From the NCBI GenBank assembly GCA_035479295.1, contig DATIIV010000033.1, positions 2,901-66,900 on the forward strand: 64,000 bases of DNA, in the 5' to 3' direction. The notes beneath the pieces were generated by a model. That model worked only from the letters and a program-made list of their open reading frames with translations. It made no database searches and was not told the origin of the DNA. This stretch comes from Candidatus Saccharimonadia bacterium. Its GTDB lineage: Bacteria > Patescibacteriota > Saccharimonadia > UBA4664. Numbering within the stretch: position 1 is the first letter of the stretch; every line of letters begins with the position of its first letter. Positions 47,622 through 56,691 of this stretch are shown here, piece after piece. Position numbers and translations under genes: made by a program.

Positions 47622-48593
47622 ATGACGGCACAAACAGGTATTCCAGAATCGCAGTGGGACGAGCAGGTGGCGCGGCTCGGTGGCCACTTGTACCAGAGCC
47701 GGGCGTGGGGGCAGTTTCAGGCAGCTCAAGGGCGAGCGGTCTGGACCGAGGCGGCGGCCGACTGGAGCTGGCTGGCGGCTCTGCGGCGCGGCCGCGGCGG
47801 TATCACATACTTGTATGCTGCCTACGGTCCAACGGTGCGCCAGAGTGGCCTAGCTGACGCCCTAGCCTCACTGGCCGCGGCTGGCCGGGCGGCCGGCGCT
47901 GACTTTGTGCGCCTGGAACCGATGGGTCAGGTTGAGGCAGACCAGCTGATCGCCGCCGGTGCTCGCCCTGTAGCCGACGTCCAGCCGCGCTATCGGCTGG
48001 TGCTAGACATCACCGCCTCCGAGGCCGACTTGCGCCACAACATTTCGTCCAGCAATCGTAATCTCATCAACACAGCCGAAAAGCGCGGCTTATCGTTTGT
48101 AATCAGCCAAGATCCGGCTCAGATGGCCGACTACCTGGCCATGCAGCGCGAAACTGCCGCTCGCGATGCCTTTAGGCCTCAATCTGACCAGTACTATGAT
48201 CACTTAGCGCAGAGTCTTCTACCAAGCGGAGCGGCCAAACTCTACTTTGTCTATTACGAGGGCCAGCCTGTCGCCAGTGCCATCTGCGCCGATTTTGCTG
48301 GCACGCGCTACTACGTGTATGCCGCCACTTACCCCCAACAAAACCGGCAGCTCAAGGCCGCCATCGCCTTGCTTTGGTGGATGATTATGGACGCTAAAGC
48401 CCAGGGCCTAACCCACTTTGATTACGGCGGCATCGCGCCCGACGATCAGCCCAACCACGCCTGGGTCGGCCATACCAAATTTAAGCGTTCGATCGGTGGC
48501 GAGACCGTTGCTACTATCGGCACATGGGACCTACCTCTGAAAGCTGGCAAATATCGGCTCTACCAGCTGGCTCGCAAGGTGGTGCCATTATGA
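47622..48593 (+). CDS. FemAB-family peptidoglycan aminoacyltransferase, paralog 1
   Basis: Acetyltransferase-like FemABX fold motifs (QSRAWGQF..., ...YYVYAATYPQ). Confidence 0.7.
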   Translation: MTAQTGIPESQWDEQVARLGGHLYQSRAWGQFQAAQGRAVWTEAAADWSWLAALRRGRGGITYLYAAYGPTVRQSGLADALASLAAAGRAAGADFVRLEPMGQVEADQLIAAGARPVADVQPRYRLVLDITASEADLRHNISSSNRNLINTAEKRGLSFVISQDPAQMADYLAMQRETAARDAFRPQSDQYYDHLAQSLLPSGAAKLYFVYYEGQPVASAICADFAGTRYYVYAATYPQQNRQLKAAIALLWWMIMDAKAQGLTHFDYGGIAPDDQPNHAWVGHTKFKRSIGGETVATIGTWDLPLKAGKYRLYQLARKVVPL

Positions 48594-49633
48594 GATATGC
48601 TACCGGCGAAGAGCTAGCGCGTTGGGATGAGCTAGTGGCGGCCAATCCCGATGGGGGTAATGTGCTGCAGACGCAGGTTTATGGCGAGTTTAAGGCCGCT
48701 TACGGCTGGCGCCCCCAGCATATTATTCATCAGCTGCCGGAGGCCACCGTGGCGGCGCTGTATCTGGCGCGAACCGTACCGGGCCTCGGCGAGCTGTGGT
48801 ATGCGCCCAAGGGCCCCGGTGTGGTGTCGGTGGTGCAGCTACAGGCGGTGTTGGCTGACCTTCAAGCGCCTCGGGCCTTCATGCTCAAGCTCGAGCCAGA
48901 CCTGGCGGCCGAAACTACGCGTGTGTCCGAGCTTCAGCATCTGGGTCTGGTCAAGGCCAAATTTGATTTGCAATGGAATCGCTATACAGTAGTTATCGAC
49001 CTGCGCCCCAGCGAAGATGACATCTTGGCCGGCTTTAAGCAGAAGACGCGCTACAACATTCGCCTGGCCGAGCGCAAAGGCGTGCAGGTGCAGCCGGTGG
49101 AGTTAACCGAGGCCAATATTACTCAAATGTATGACCTGATGCTGGCGGTACAGGCACGAGCGGGCTTCTACATGCGCTCACGGGATTACTTGGCTCGGTT
49201 CTGGCAGATGCATACGGAAGCCGGCCATGGGCAGCTCTTTTTTGCCACCTACCAAGGCCAGGTGCTGGCGGGCATCTTTGCTCTGTACGAGGGTAAGCAG
49301 GGACTCTACAAAGACGGCGGCTCCGTTCGCGACCACCCCGAGTTGCAGGCGCCCTACCTGCTGCAGTGGGAGGTGATGCGCTGGCTGAAGGCCCAGGGCT
49401 GTCGTGAGTACGACCTGCACGGAACGCCACCGCGCCACCGCCTCGATGACCGCAGTCATCCGCTGGCCGGGCTAGCTCAATTTAAGACCGGCTTCAATCC
49501 TGGCCACCTCACCGAGTACGTTGGCGTCTACGACCTGCCGCTCAAGCCGTTGCAGTACCAGCTGTGGCAGCGCGCGGGCGAGAAACTGGTGGCTGGCTAC
49601 TCGTTTCGGGTTAAGCACGAGTTGTACTACTAA
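48590..49633 (+). CDS. FemAB-family peptidoglycan aminoacyltransferase, paralog 2
   Basis: ATGA-coupled to paralog 1. QTQVYGEFKAAYGW... is the FemAB pattern. Confidence 0.7.
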   Translation: MRYATGEELARWDELVAANPDGGNVLQTQVYGEFKAAYGWRPQHIIHQLPEATVAALYLARTVPGLGELWYAPKGPGVVSVVQLQAVLADLQAPRAFMLKLEPDLAAETTRVSELQHLGLVKAKFDLQWNRYTVVIDLRPSEDDILAGFKQKTRYNIRLAERKGVQVQPVELTEANITQMYDLMLAVQARAGFYMRSRDYLARFWQMHTEAGHGQLFFATYQGQVLAGIFALYEGKQGLYKDGGSVRDHPELQAPYLLQWEVMRWLKAQGCREYDLHGTPPRHRLDDRSHPLAGLAQFKTGFNPGHLTEYVGVYDLPLKPLQYQLWQRAGEKLVAGYSFRVKHELYY

Positions 49634-49670
49634 TAGCCTTAACCGTGAGTTCGGGGTATAATCAATCATC

Positions 49671-51596
49671 GTGAATCAAGCCCATACCCGAAATTTTTGT
49701 ATTATTGCGCATATCGACCACGGCAAATCGACGCTGGCCGACCGTATGCTCGAGCTTACCGGCACGGTAGAGAAACGCGCCATGCAGGCTCAGCTGCTCG
49801 ATAGCATGGATCTGGAGCGCGAGAAGGGCATCACCATTAAGCTGCAGCCGGTGCGCATGCGGTGGACGCCAAGCATGCCTGGTGGTGAGAGTGGGGCCGA
49901 CGCAGAGGCGATTAATGCTGCGCCCGCCGGCGTTGGTAAAGACGATGCTTCGAGGGAAGAGGTGCCTCAAGTTCGCCGGCCAGCAGCGTTAATTGGCTCG
50001 GAGCAACCTACCTACACCCTCAACCTCATCGACACCCCCGGCCACGTTGACTTTAGCTATGAGGTCTCGCGTAGCCTGGCCGCCTGCGAAGGCGCCGTGT
50101 TGGTGGTGGACGCTTCGCAGGGTATTCAGGCGCAGACATTGGCCAATGTCTACCTGGCGATCGAGGCCGGCCTCACTATTATCCCGGTGCTCAATAAGAT
50201 TGACCTGCCGGCGGCCGATCCGGAGCGAGTGGCGGCTGAGGTCTCCAGCTTGCTTGGCTGTGATCCAGATAGCATTCTGCGCGTCTCGGGCAAGACTGGC
50301 GCTGGCGTAACCGAGTTGCTCGATGCTATCGTGGCGCAGATTCCGGCGCCTCAGGGTGAGGCGGAGGCGCCGCTCCGAGCGCTCATCTTCGACTCGATCT
50401 ACGACGAGTACCGCGGCGTTATCCTGTTTGTGCGCGTCGTCGATGGCGCGTTGCACAAGGGCGACACACTCAAGCTGATGGCCACCCGCGCCACCGGCCT
50501 GGCCGTTGAGTCTGGCATTTTTATGCCCAAGCAGACGCCGACGGCCGAGATCGCCACTGGCCAGATCGGCTACGTTGTCACCAACCTTAAATCTATCGCC
50601 GAGGCTCGGGTGGGCGATACCGTTACACTGGTGGCTGCGCCGGCTGTCGAGGCGTTGCCGGGCTACCGTCAGGTTAAGCCGTTTGTATTTGCCGGCTTCT
50701 TCCCCAGCTCGGGCGAGCAATACCCCGACCTCAAGGACGCGCTCGAGAAGCTTAAGCTTAACGATGCGGCGCTGCTGTACGAGCCCGAGTCGTCGCAGGT
50801 GTTGGGCTTTGGCTACCGCGTCGGCTTTTTGGGCCTGCTCCATCTCGATATTATCAAAGAGCGCCTGGAGCGCGAGTACGGCCTCGACCTGGTCGTTACC
50901 AGCCCCAGCACCGACTACATTGTGCACGAAACCGATGGCAGCGAGCGTACCATTCGCAGCGCCGCTGAGCTGCCCGACGCCTCCAAGATCGACTACATTC
51001 GCGAGCCGTGGATTGGTGGTGAGGTGGTGGTGCCCAACGAGTACGTCGGCGGTGTCATTCAGCTGATCAACCGCGTTCGTGGTCGTCAATCCAACCTGAG
51101 CTACCTCGACGAGACACTCGCATTGGTTGCCTTTGAGGCGCCGCTAGCCAACGTACTCACCGACTTTTATGACGCACTCAAGTCGATTACCTCGGGTTAT
51201 GGCAGCTTTAACTACGAGTTGGGCGATTACCGCCGCGAGAACTTGGTGCGGCTCGATATTTTGGTAGGCGGTGAGATGATCGATAGTCTCAGCCTGGTCA
51301 TTCACCGCGATGAGGCCTATCGCGCCGGCAAAGAGATCGTCGACAAGCTCAAAGAGATCATCCCCAAGCAGCTCTACGAGGTCAGCCTGCAGGCGGCCAT
51401 CGGTGGCAAGATCATCGCTCGCGAAGACGTTAAGGCCATGCGCAAAGACGTGACGGCCAAACTCTACGGCGGTGATGTCACCCGCAAAAACAAGCTGCTG
51501 GACAAGCAAAAGAAAGGCAAAAAGCGCATGAAACGTATCGGCAAGATCGATATCCCGGCCGAGGCGTTTATGGTGCTGGTGCGCAAGGATGGATAA
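49671..51596 (+). CDS. lepA: Elongation factor 4 (LepA) with an insertion in the G domain
   Basis: NFCIIAHIDHGKST, DTPGHVDF, NKID and C-terminal LepA_C motifs (KQKKGKKRMK). Confidence 0.9.
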   Translation: MNQAHTRNFCIIAHIDHGKSTLADRMLELTGTVEKRAMQAQLLDSMDLEREKGITIKLQPVRMRWTPSMPGGESGADAEAINAAPAGVGKDDASREEVPQVRRPAALIGSEQPTYTLNLIDTPGHVDFSYEVSRSLAACEGAVLVVDASQGIQAQTLANVYLAIEAGLTIIPVLNKIDLPAADPERVAAEVSSLLGCDPDSILRVSGKTGAGVTELLDAIVAQIPAPQGEAEAPLRALIFDSIYDEYRGVILFVRVVDGALHKGDTLKLMATRATGLAVESGIFMPKQTPTAEIATGQIGYVVTNLKSIAEARVGDTVTLVAAPAVEALPGYRQVKPFVFAGFFPSSGEQYPDLKDALEKLKLNDAALLYEPESSQVLGFGYRVGFLGLLHLDIIKERLEREYGLDLVVTSPSTDYIVHETDGSERTIRSAAELPDASKIDYIREPWIGGEVVVPNEYVGGVIQLINRVRGRQSNLSYLDETLALVAFEAPLANVLTDFYDALKSITSGYGSFNYELGDYRRENLVRLDILVGGEMIDSLSLVIHRDEAYRAGKEIVDKLKEIIPKQLYEVSLQAAIGGKIIAREDVKAMRKDVTAKLYGGDVTRKNKLLDKQKKGKKRMKRIGKIDIPAEAFMVLVRKDG

Positions 51597-51622
51597 TCGG
51601 GAGGAGAGCAACAAGGCGCCTT

Positions 51623-52000
51623 ATGGAAAGTCAATCAAGTAATAAATTTAGCAAAAATGCTGAAGTTGCTGTGCAGCTTGCCACTGACCGGCGTGTGTCA
51701 ACTAGGGCTCTTATCGAAGCTTACGTATCAGAAAGAATCAAGTTCCTGGCAGACCTTGCGGGTTACTCACTTGCGGGGTTGGGAGGGTCTCTTATGATAG
51801 TGACTACCAATCCAGGCCCTATTATTAAACCCCCCCCAGCACTTTTCTATGTAGCATCAGCTGGCTTCATACTAATTATCGCGATCACACTTATTATGCG
51901 CGGAATATGGATTGGGTACTTAATGAGTGCTTACACGTACATTGAATTAAGATATGGATGGTTAGCCGGAGCGGCAAGGGGGTCAGTTACTCAGTCCTGA
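51623..52000 (+). CDS. Hypothetical membrane protein (low GC, contains C8 homopolymer tract)
   Basis: 125-aa ORF, about 45% GC, two TM helices. CCCCCCCC at 51830-51837 encodes KPPP. Confidence 0.4.
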   Translation: MESQSSNKFSKNAEVAVQLATDRRVSTRALIEAYVSERIKFLADLAGYSLAGLGGSLMIVTTNPGPIIKPPPALFYVASAGFILIIAITLIMRGIWIGYLMSAYTYIELRYGWLAGAARGSVTQS

Positions 52001-52193
52001 CGATCCAGTTGTCCAGGCGAGGCTTAGTGAGGAGCTGGGTGCACCCCACGAGGTTCCGGTGGCCTCCTCGGTAGTCGAAGGTATTACGAATAGCATTAGC
52101 GCCCTCTTTATTGGTTCACTTCTTTTGTTTGTAATGGCATTGGTTTTTAAAATTCAGGCTTGATTAAATCCTCAGTGTAATTACAATGTAATC

Positions 52194-52478
52194 ATGAACA
52201 AGCTCGCCGTGGCCGCCAAGTTAATCCAGATCGGTAACTCGCGCGGGGTGCGGTTGCCCAAGGAGCTGATTGAGCAGGCGGGCCTGGGCGATGAGATAGA
52301 GCTAGTGGTACGCGACGGCGAGATTCTGATTGCTAATCGCCGGCGGCCGCGCCAGGGCTGGGCCGAGATCTACGAGGAGCTAGCACGGACGGGTCAGCTA
52401 GCGCTGACGGAGGAGGACCAAGAGTGGCTGAATATGCGCTCCTTGCCCGAAGAGGAGGCCGATTGGGAGTGGGAGTGA
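52194..52478 (+). CDS. mazE: MazE-like antitoxin (SpoVT/AbrB swapped-hairpin)
   Basis: ...IQIGNSRGVRLPKELIEQAGL... AbrB-type N-domain and acidic C-tail EEEADWEWE. Stop overlaps the mazF GTG. Confidence 0.65.
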   Translation: MNKLAVAAKLIQIGNSRGVRLPKELIEQAGLGDEIELVVRDGEILIANRRRPRQGWAEIYEELARTGQLALTEEDQEWLNMRSLPEEEADWEWE

Positions 52479-52792
52479 GGCGTGGCGAAGTCTACTTGGT
52501 GCGATTTGGCCCCGCCGTTGGCAGTGAGGTTGTAAAAGACCGGCCGTGCGTGGTGGTCTCGCCCGACGAGATGAACGCCAAGGCTGCGACCTTTATTGGC
52601 GTGCCGCTTACGACCAAGTATCGGCCCTATCCCAGTCGGATTCGTTGTGAAGTGCGCGATAAAGTTGGCTATGCTATGTTGGACCAGGTTCAAGTATTGA
52701 GTCCGCAGCGGATTATCAGCCAAATAACTCAGCTTCATCAAAGTGAGCTGGAACGAGTGCTTGACCGCTTAGCCGAGATGTTTGCATTGTGA
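52475..52792 (+). CDS. mazF: MazF/PemK-family endoribonuclease toxin
   Basis: RRGEVYLVRFGPAVGSEVVKDRPCVVVS...GVPLTT signature. GTG start with a GGGAG SD (GTGA overlap). Confidence 0.8.
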   Translation: MRRGEVYLVRFGPAVGSEVVKDRPCVVVSPDEMNAKAATFIGVPLTTKYRPYPSRIRCEVRDKVGYAMLDQVQVLSPQRIISQITQLHQSELERVLDRLAEMFAL

Positions 52793-52820
52793 ATGAAGTT
52801 AGTGCCAGAGAAGGAGAATT

Positions 52821-53555
52821 ATGCGCACACCCTTGAATGATAGCGCTATGGCGCCGGCTCGCCAGTACGTGGAGCGGGAGCTGAGGCGGCTGGAGTGGAC
52901 CGAGTCACTGACGAGCGAGGAGCTGTGGGGCTGGCTGAGCGCGCTATCGGCGCGGCGGCTCAACGATGTGGGCACGGTGTTGTCGGATGATTCGTTCACC
53001 TGGAAGCTCGAGGAGGTGCCGCTGGAGCAGTTTGTGTTGACCGGCGTTAATCCTCAGGTGAATGCGCTAACGATTGAGCGGGCCAAGGGCCAGCCACTGG
53101 CGCTGCGTCAGCTGGCGCGACAAGAGCCGACAGTGCGGCGGCTCTTGCTCGATGAGGGGGTTGAGCCGGCGCTGAGGCCAGATTACGAGCCGCTGCTGTG
53201 CGCCGAGTCGCGGCCGAGCGAGACCAAGTACGCCGGCAAGCTGCGCGTTTTTGACGGCATGCACCGGCTGCTCGCGGCGGTGCTAGGCAACGAGATGACG
53301 CTGCAGGCCTGGGTAGGCCGCCTTACCAATGAGGCCGGCCGGCCGTTCGTGAGTCCGGCGGCGGTGCGAGCGTTGCTTAAGCTGTGGCGCGAGTGCCCGC
53401 CCAGCATCGACAAAGCAGCACTGGCGGCGGCACTACAGCAGGTGGCGCGCAGCTACGTGGCCACCTACGCCAACGCTCGTCACGTGTTGACCGAGCAGGT
53501 GGCCGGCGCCCGTCAGGATGTGCAGGAGGTCTTTGCGCCGGCGCTCCAGGAGTAG
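52821..53555 (+). CDS. Hypothetical protein (244 aa)
   Basis: An AGGAGAA SD lies upstream. No motif. Confidence 0.4.
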   Translation: MRTPLNDSAMAPARQYVERELRRLEWTESLTSEELWGWLSALSARRLNDVGTVLSDDSFTWKLEEVPLEQFVLTGVNPQVNALTIERAKGQPLALRQLARQEPTVRRLLLDEGVEPALRPDYEPLLCAESRPSETKYAGKLRVFDGMHRLLAAVLGNEMTLQAWVGRLTNEAGRPFVSPAAVRALLKLWRECPPSIDKAALAAALQQVARSYVATYANARHVLTEQVAGARQDVQEVFAPALQE

Positions 53556-53576
53556 CGCGGCAGGCAAATCGAGACG

Positions 53577-53607
53577 GCGCAGCCCGATCCGGGCTGCGCC
53601 GTTTGCA
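53577..53607 (+). terminator. Terminator-like hairpin
   Basis: GGCGCAGCCC-gatcc-GGGCTGCGCC then GTTTGCAT. Confidence 0.4.
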
Positions 53608-53668
53608 TCTAGCGACACCCGCAAGCATTAGTGGTATAAAAGAGATACACAGCTAAAGCGGGAACGCT

Positions 53669-54142
53669 ATGCCAGAGCCAAATCTGAACTCAACGCCGCC
53701 GAGCTCGCCGACCACCCCGCCGGCGCCCGGCAGCGTGACGCAGCCCAATGTGACCTCGCCGCTGGTGCCGGGCGCCGTACCGGGTCGACCGGCCGGCCCG
53801 GTAGTAACGCCACCCGCCCAACCACCGGTTGCCGTCTCCACCTCGGCGCCACTGCCGGGCCCGATGCGGCCCGACTTGCCGGAGCCGCCCAGCGGTCTGC
53901 GGGCCAGGCTGGCCGTGGTCATCTTAGTTATGCTCGTGCTGGTGGCCGGTGGCGTAGCCCTCTATCAATTCGGTCCGTTTAAGCCGGTGGCTCGGCTGCC
54001 TAAACCCACTGCCACTCCTATTATCACTAGCGATATCCAATCTGAAGTAACTGATGTCAATGCTGCACTACGGGCTGCCGATGCCAATCTAAGCGGTCTA
54101 ACGGCCGGCCTGGCCGATCAGCCGGGGAGCCTGAGCGAATGA
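53669..54142 (+). CDS. Pro-rich N-terminus plus TM hypothetical protein
   Basis: PPSSPTTPPAPG... low-complexity region then one TM helix. Confidence 0.35.
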   Translation: MPEPNLNSTPPSSPTTPPAPGSVTQPNVTSPLVPGAVPGRPAGPVVTPPAQPPVAVSTSAPLPGPMRPDLPEPPSGLRARLAVVILVMLVLVAGGVALYQFGPFKPVARLPKPTATPIITSDIQSEVTDVNAALRAADANLSGLTAGLADQPGSLSE

Positions 54143-54933
54143 GCCGTTTTACGCGTAGCCTCCTCATCGGCATGGTGGCAGCGGCCGTGCCGAGCCTCGT
54201 ACTGGCGGCCGACATTCTGCCGAGCCCCACGCCCACGCCGGGTCCGGTCTCGTCGGCGCAGCAGTCGGCTCACCTTAATCGCCTCAAGACCAACGGTGCC
54301 GCCGAGGCCGACCGCCGCCGCGCCGCCTTGCAGGATGCACTCAGCAAAGTTCAGGGCAGCACCAAGCTCGACGCTGCTACCAAGAAAGCGCTCACCGATC
54401 AGCTCCAGGCTGAGATTACCAAGCTCACCACTACCGAGTCTAAGCTAGGCTCTGAGACCGACTTGACCTCGGCCCGCATCGACGCCCAGACTATCTTTGC
54501 CGAGTATGGTGCTTATGCTTTACTCCTGTCTAAGGCTCAATTACTAGCTGCCGCCGACCGGCTGGTGTTAGCTGGCGGTAAGCTGCAGGTTATTACCGGC
54601 CATCTGGAGGCCAAGATAAATGGCGCACAAACTCAGGGCAAGGACGTAACGGCCGCTCAAAAACGTTTAACCGATCTTAAGGCCAAATTAGCCCACGCCA
54701 AGCTCCAATACGACGGCCTAGCCGCTAAGGCTATGCCATTAACCGTGGCCGACTATGCCAATAGCCATAAGGCGCTCGCGACTGAGGCCGTTGGTCTTGC
54801 TACCGCTCGCAGCGACTTTCAGGTTGCCTTAGATGATGTCAATGGAATTGTCTCTGAGTTGAGCAACCTCAAGACCGCTACTCCCACGCCGAGCCCTTCG
54901 CCATCGGCGAGCCCCAGCCCGGCCGCTCACTAG
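54139..54933 (+). CDS. Secreted Ala/Lys-rich coiled-coil hypothetical protein
   Basis: Signal peptide plus PTPTPGP and PTPSPSPSASPSP end-linkers. ATGA-coupled to the upstream gene. Confidence 0.4.
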   Translation: MSRFTRSLLIGMVAAAVPSLVLAADILPSPTPTPGPVSSAQQSAHLNRLKTNGAAEADRRRAALQDALSKVQGSTKLDAATKKALTDQLQAEITKLTTTESKLGSETDLTSARIDAQTIFAEYGAYALLLSKAQLLAAADRLVLAGGKLQVITGHLEAKINGAQTQGKDVTAAQKRLTDLKAKLAHAKLQYDGLAAKAMPLTVADYANSHKALATEAVGLATARSDFQVALDDVNGIVSELSNLKTATPTPSPSPSASPSPAAH

Positions 54934-54940
54934 CGTTGGC

Positions 54941-55108
54941 TTACTTAACCTTGGGTGTGCCCGAGCCGGGATTTGAGCCACTGACGAGACGGTACAAGAA
55001 TAACACCACGGCTACCACGAGCAGCAGATGAATCAGCGCCCCGCCCAAGTGAATGAGGAGCCCAATTAGCCACAAGGCCAGCAGTACGGTAATAATAGTG
55101 TAGAGCAC
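54941..55108 (-). CDS. lmo0937-family-like small membrane protein (55 aa)
   Basis: VLYTIITVLLALWLIGLLIHLGGALIHLLLVVAVVLFLYRLV. GTG start with an AAGGAG SD. Not in the ORF track frame list. Confidence 0.5.
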   Translation of the reverse strand: MLYTIITVLLALWLIGLLIHLGGALIHLLLVVAVVLFLYRLVSGSNPGSGTPKVK

Positions 55109-55185
55109 GGTACGTTCTCCTTAGTAGAACCAGTTTGGCTGCTGGGCTAGCTCTTGGCATTATGCAAAGCTCCAGACCGCCGCTG

Positions 55186-55212
55186 TTTGGCACTCTTGAG
55201 AAAAGAGTGCCA
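55186..55212 (+). promoter_or_regulatory. CIRCE operator (HrcA site) upstream of hrcA-grpE
   Basis: TTGGCACTC-ttgagaaaa-GAGTGCCAA (arms extend to 11 bp). The -35 TTGAGA sits in the spacer and TAAAAT lies 17 nt downstream. Confidence 0.7.
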
Positions 55213-55230
55213 AACAGCTAAAATAGCGCC

Positions 55231-55923
55231 ATGACACCACGCCAACAACAGATTCTCACCGCTATCGTTGAGCTCTATGCCCAGACGGCTGAGCCGGTTG
55301 GCTCGCTGGCGCTTTGCCGACAGTTCGAGATGAGCAGCGCCACCATTCGCGCCGAGATGGCCGAGCTGGAACGCCAGGGGTTCATTATGCAGCCGCACAT
55401 CTCGGCTGGGCGGGTGCCGACCGACAAAGGCTATCGTTTTTATGTAAATGGCTTGGGTGAGCGGCCGGCCGACAGCCGCACCGAACAGGCGCTGGCCAAG
55501 CGCGTCCGTAGCGCCGGTCAAGCCGAGCAATCTATCAAGAGCGCCGTCGAGAGCTTGGCACATGTTACGCACAACCTAGGGTTGGGTACCATCGGTCGCA
55601 ACCTCTATCTTAGTGGCATGGCCAGCCTGTTTCAGCAGCCTGAGTTCTATGGCGGCGCGCAGGCCTATGAGGTGGCACGGCTGCTCGACAGCCTCGAAGA
55701 GTGGCTGGCTGAGGCAGCACCAAACGATCCGATCAGCGTCTACATTGGCCAAGAGAACCCGATCGGCCGCTCCAGCGGCGCCACGCTCATCATTAGCCGG
55801 TTTGAGTCGCCCTACAGCGATCGCAGCTACATTGGCGTGCTTGGCCCCACGCGCCAGCATTACGATTCGGTCATTGGCCTGGTAGAATACACCGGAAAGC
55901 TATTGGAGGAGGCGCTAAATTAA
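55231..55923 (+). CDS. hrcA: Heat-inducible transcription repressor HrcA (short form)
   Basis: N-terminal wHTH ...ILTAIVELYAQTAEPVGSLAL...SSATIRAEMAELE. Confidence 0.8.
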   Translation: MTPRQQQILTAIVELYAQTAEPVGSLALCRQFEMSSATIRAEMAELERQGFIMQPHISAGRVPTDKGYRFYVNGLGERPADSRTEQALAKRVRSAGQAEQSIKSAVESLAHVTHNLGLGTIGRNLYLSGMASLFQQPEFYGGAQAYEVARLLDSLEEWLAEAAPNDPISVYIGQENPIGRSSGATLIISRFESPYSDRSYIGVLGPTRQHYDSVIGLVEYTGKLLEEALN

Positions 55924-56492
55924 TGAGCAAAAAAACTACTCAGCCCGATGACCTCGCCACCCAAGTCGAGGAGTTGACGCAAGATTTGCAACGGGTGCAG
56001 GCCGAATTTATGAACTTTAAACGCCGGGTCGAAGAGGAGAAGACCGAGCTGTTGGGCTTTGCTAAAAGTCGAATTGTGCGCGAATTCTTGACGGTGCGCG
56101 ATAATTTTGACCAAGAGCTGGCTCATCGTCCGGCCGGCATCGACGCGCAGTGGGCTGCCTCGATCGACGCCATTCGCAAGCAGTTCGATGCCGTGCTCAC
56201 GGGGCTTGGGGTGCGGCGATTCGACAGCCAGGGCCACGCTTTTGATCCCCGCCGCCACCAAGCTGTCACCATGGAAGACGGCGCTGGCGAGCACGAGGTG
56301 GTGCTCGATGAGCTGCAGCCGGGCTACGAGCGCGATGGTGTGGTGCTGCGGCCGGCGGTGGTTAAGGTGGGCCACAGCGACACGCCGCCGCCCGAGGCCG
56401 CCGGTAACGCCCAGGCCGCCGAGATCATCGAGGCCGAGCAGACGGAGCCTGAGGCGGTGCAGCCGCACCACCGCGACACCGAGGCCGATTAG
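55923..56492 (+). CDS. grpE: Nucleotide exchange factor GrpE
   Basis: ...VQAEFMNFKRRVEEE... coiled coil and C-terminal beta domain. Overlaps the hrcA stop by 1 nt. Confidence 0.85.
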   Translation: MSKKTTQPDDLATQVEELTQDLQRVQAEFMNFKRRVEEEKTELLGFAKSRIVREFLTVRDNFDQELAHRPAGIDAQWAASIDAIRKQFDAVLTGLGVRRFDSQGHAFDPRRHQAVTMEDGAGEHEVVLDELQPGYERDGVVLRPAVVKVGHSDTPPPEAAGNAQAAEIIEAEQTEPEAVQPHHRDTEAD

Positions 56493-56691
56493 CGAAAGCC
56501 CCCGACCGCCAGCCGGCAAAGGGCTTTCGGTCGGGGGCGGTGGCCATTAGCCCAGGTGCCGCCAGTGTTGTCGGTCGCGGCGGTGAGCAGCGCGCCGGTC
56601 TCGCAGCGAATCCTGCCATATGGCTACAAGGGTGCGGTGGTCTTGCGCGGCTCACGCATCAGGCAGGCCAATAGGCCGGTGGCCGAGAAGA

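Noticed and set aside
49989-51089. 366-aa minus-strand ORF
   Set aside because: Antisense to lepA.
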